64,000 nt of DNA from an uncultured Verrucomicrobiae bacterium (lineage in GTDB: Bacteria > Verrucomicrobiota > Verrucomicrobiia > Limisphaerales > UBA11358), in contig CAVWKA010000020.1 of the NCBI GenBank assembly GCA_963755515.1, positions 78,902 through 142,901 on the forward strand, in the 5' to 3' direction. The translations under genes and the position numbers were made by a program. The notes under the pieces were generated by a model that saw nothing but the letters and a program-made list of their open reading frames with translations, was not told the DNA's origin and did no database searches. Every line of letters begins with the position of its first letter. The first letter of the stretch is position 1. Positions 62,399 to 64,000 of this stretch are shown here, piece after piece.

Positions 62399-62645
62399 GA
62401 TTGTGGAGAAAAATTACAACGGCCACTCGGCGCATGTGCAAATGCGGCTCCTGGTGAATGGTTCAACCATCGGCGTCACGCAGATGGGGCCGGATTTTCT
62501 CTTCATCGAACCCGCGGCCGACCATCCGCCGGGCGAGGCCACCATTCTTATCAAAGTGGACGACAGCGAACGCCGCTGGAAGGTCAGATTGCCGGAAGGC
62601 ATTTCCGCCGAATCCGAACGGGTGGTGATCGCCGCGAGCGAATAA
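62397..62645 (+). CDS. Small hypothetical beta-rich protein
   Basis: 82 aa, QMGPDFL..HPP motif; starts at the same CATG as the kinase-like gene. Confidence 0.6.
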   Translation: MIVEKNYNGHSAHVQMRLLVNGSTIGVTQMGPDFLFIEPAADHPPGEATILIKVDDSERRWKVRLPEGISAESERVVIAASE

Positions 62646-63321
62646 CCGGGCCGCGTCAAAGTTTTGGGCCGTGGCTTCAAGACGCAGGTTCGCATAGAGC
62701 CGAATCTTCAAAGGGGCCGCGCTCGTTTGAGCGCGGAATGTATTCATCATTTCGCCAATTGACCGCGGACAACCATGCCTCAATGGGGCGGCAGGCGAAA
62801 AGGAAATAATGTGCAAATATCAAGAACCGCTCACGCCAGCACAAATCTTCAGCCGCAAAAATGCGCAAAAGGCTCAAAAAACATCAACCGCAAAAGACAG
62901 CCGGACGACTATGGTTTGTCATGCACCCAAACTGTAGTTGCAACCGCGAATGGACGCGAATGGACGCGAATGAGTTGAACAGAAGGGAACGAAGACGGGA
63001 TTTAACCACGGATTTCGCTAATGGACGCGGATGAAGCAAGCGGGGAGCGGAGGAGTCTGGCGCGGGGGCGGGTGCTATTTCAACGCGACGGAACGAGCAA
63101 ACAAACGAAACGGCAAGGGGTCAGCCATCAGGGCGTCTGTCCGCAAGAAAAAAACGTTGCCGCACGATTGGCGGAGGCTGAAGGCGTTCGCATGAAGGCT
63201 AAAGGCTAAAGGATGAATGCTGAAGGCCGACGGGGGCGACGCGTGCCAAACCCGCCGGAAGGACCGCAAGATCGGGGGTAAACCCTTGACAACGGGCCTT
63301 TTTAAGGTAATAAATCCTTAC

Positions 63322-63597
63322 ATGAAAAAGACGATGACCATGACCTTGACCAGCAAACGCCAGACGGTTTTCCCGCTGGAGTGGTGCCGCCGCGAAGGGT
63401 TGGAACGCGGCGGGCCTTTGAATGTGTTCGACTTGGGCAAGGATGGCTTGTTGATCCGTCCCATCAAGGCTCCCGGCCAGGAGGCCGTCCGCAAACTTTT
63501 GCGACAAACCCCTGTGGGCGCGCATTCACCACGCCAGGCGACAGCCATTGTTAATCAGGCGTTGCGCCACGTGCGTGAAGAAGCTGGCCGTCATTGA
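63322..63597 (+). CDS. AbrB/MazE-like antitoxin
   Basis: TLTSKRQTVFP..CRREGL..G; overlaps the PIN gene; TAAGG-N8-CCTTA repeat just upstream. Confidence 0.75.
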   Translation: MKKTMTMTLTSKRQTVFPLEWCRREGLERGGPLNVFDLGKDGLLIRPIKAPGQEAVRKLLRQTPVGAHSPRQATAIVNQALRHVREEAGRH

Positions 63598-64000
63598 TAC
63601 CGGCGTCTTCGTGTCGGGCGTCTTCTGGCGTCACGAGCCGCACCTGTGCCTCAATGCCTGGCTGCGCGGCATGATGACGCCGGTGATGAGCGAGGAAATT
63701 CTCGCCGAATACGAGGCGGTATTGGAGCGGGTAAAGCGGGAGCAACAGTTCACCATTGATACCGCCCCCTGGGTGAATACCTTGCGAACGTCGGCGTTGT
63801 GGGTTGAGCCGATTCCGTTTGAAGAAAAGGTGTGCCGTGACCCCAAGGACAACAAATTCATTGAAGCGGCGTTGGCAATCCAAGAATGCGATACCATCAT
63901 TGCCCGCGACCGGGATTTGACGGTGTTGGAAAAACCGTTCGGGATTGAGATGCTGACGCCGCGGGCTTGGCTGGGCACGTTGACGCGACCACAGCGAAAA
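63575..64000 (+). CDS. PIN-domain toxin (3'-partial; absent from ORF track)
   Basis: AVIDTGVFVS, EILAEY, CRDPKDNKFIEAA, ARDRDL. Confidence 0.88.
   Translation, partial: MKKLAVIDTGVFVSGVFWRHEPHLCLNAWLRGMMTPVMSEEILAEYEAVLERVKREQQFTIDTAPWVNTLRTSALWVEPIPFEEKVCRDPKDNKFIEAALAIQECDTIIARDRDLTVLEKPFGIEMLTPRAWLGTLTRPQRK

Noticed and set aside
1-64000. tRNA, rRNA or riboswitch
   Set aside because: None recognised by eye; a covariance-model scan would be needed to exclude them

Overview
A 64-kb, GC-rich bacterial chromosomal segment. Gene content and repeat families suggest Verrucomicrobiota/PVC, which is inference only. (1) 1-10 kb: a decaying RHS polymorphic-toxin island with two toxin/immunity modules and an orphan RHS fragment. 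It is invaded by two copies of a composite made of a TGT-ended transposon end (ExeA-like ATPase) and an HUH/Y1 (RAYT-like) transposase element with 23-bp terminal inverted repeats (TIRs). (2) 10-29 kb: core genes (hrpB, DUF4139, flavoprotein disulfide reductase, ECF sigma, sigma54 regulator, ABC/TolC efflux) with REP-like repeats. (3) 29-35 kb: a 253-bp tandem array, two IS4-family elements with an accessory ORF, and a Y1 remnant. (4) 35-59 kb: GH2, KpsF/KdsD, pheA, accBC, aroQ, GH57-treYZ, a stress-protein cluster with divergent sigma54-like promoters, and two-component genes. (5) 59.7-64 kb: a GxxExxY nuclease element, TA pairs and a motif-permuted mini-kinase, separated by conserved 9/10-mer repeats. 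The best candidates for new biology are (a) an IS4/MITE family that always inserts in the same register at GGGTCA-N5 sites, three of which lie in Y1-element end repeats, and (b) a repeat-delimited cassette array associated with a GxxExxY nuclease. Many single-base frameshifts suggest long-read consensus errors. All family calls are by motif recognition; no database searches were run.
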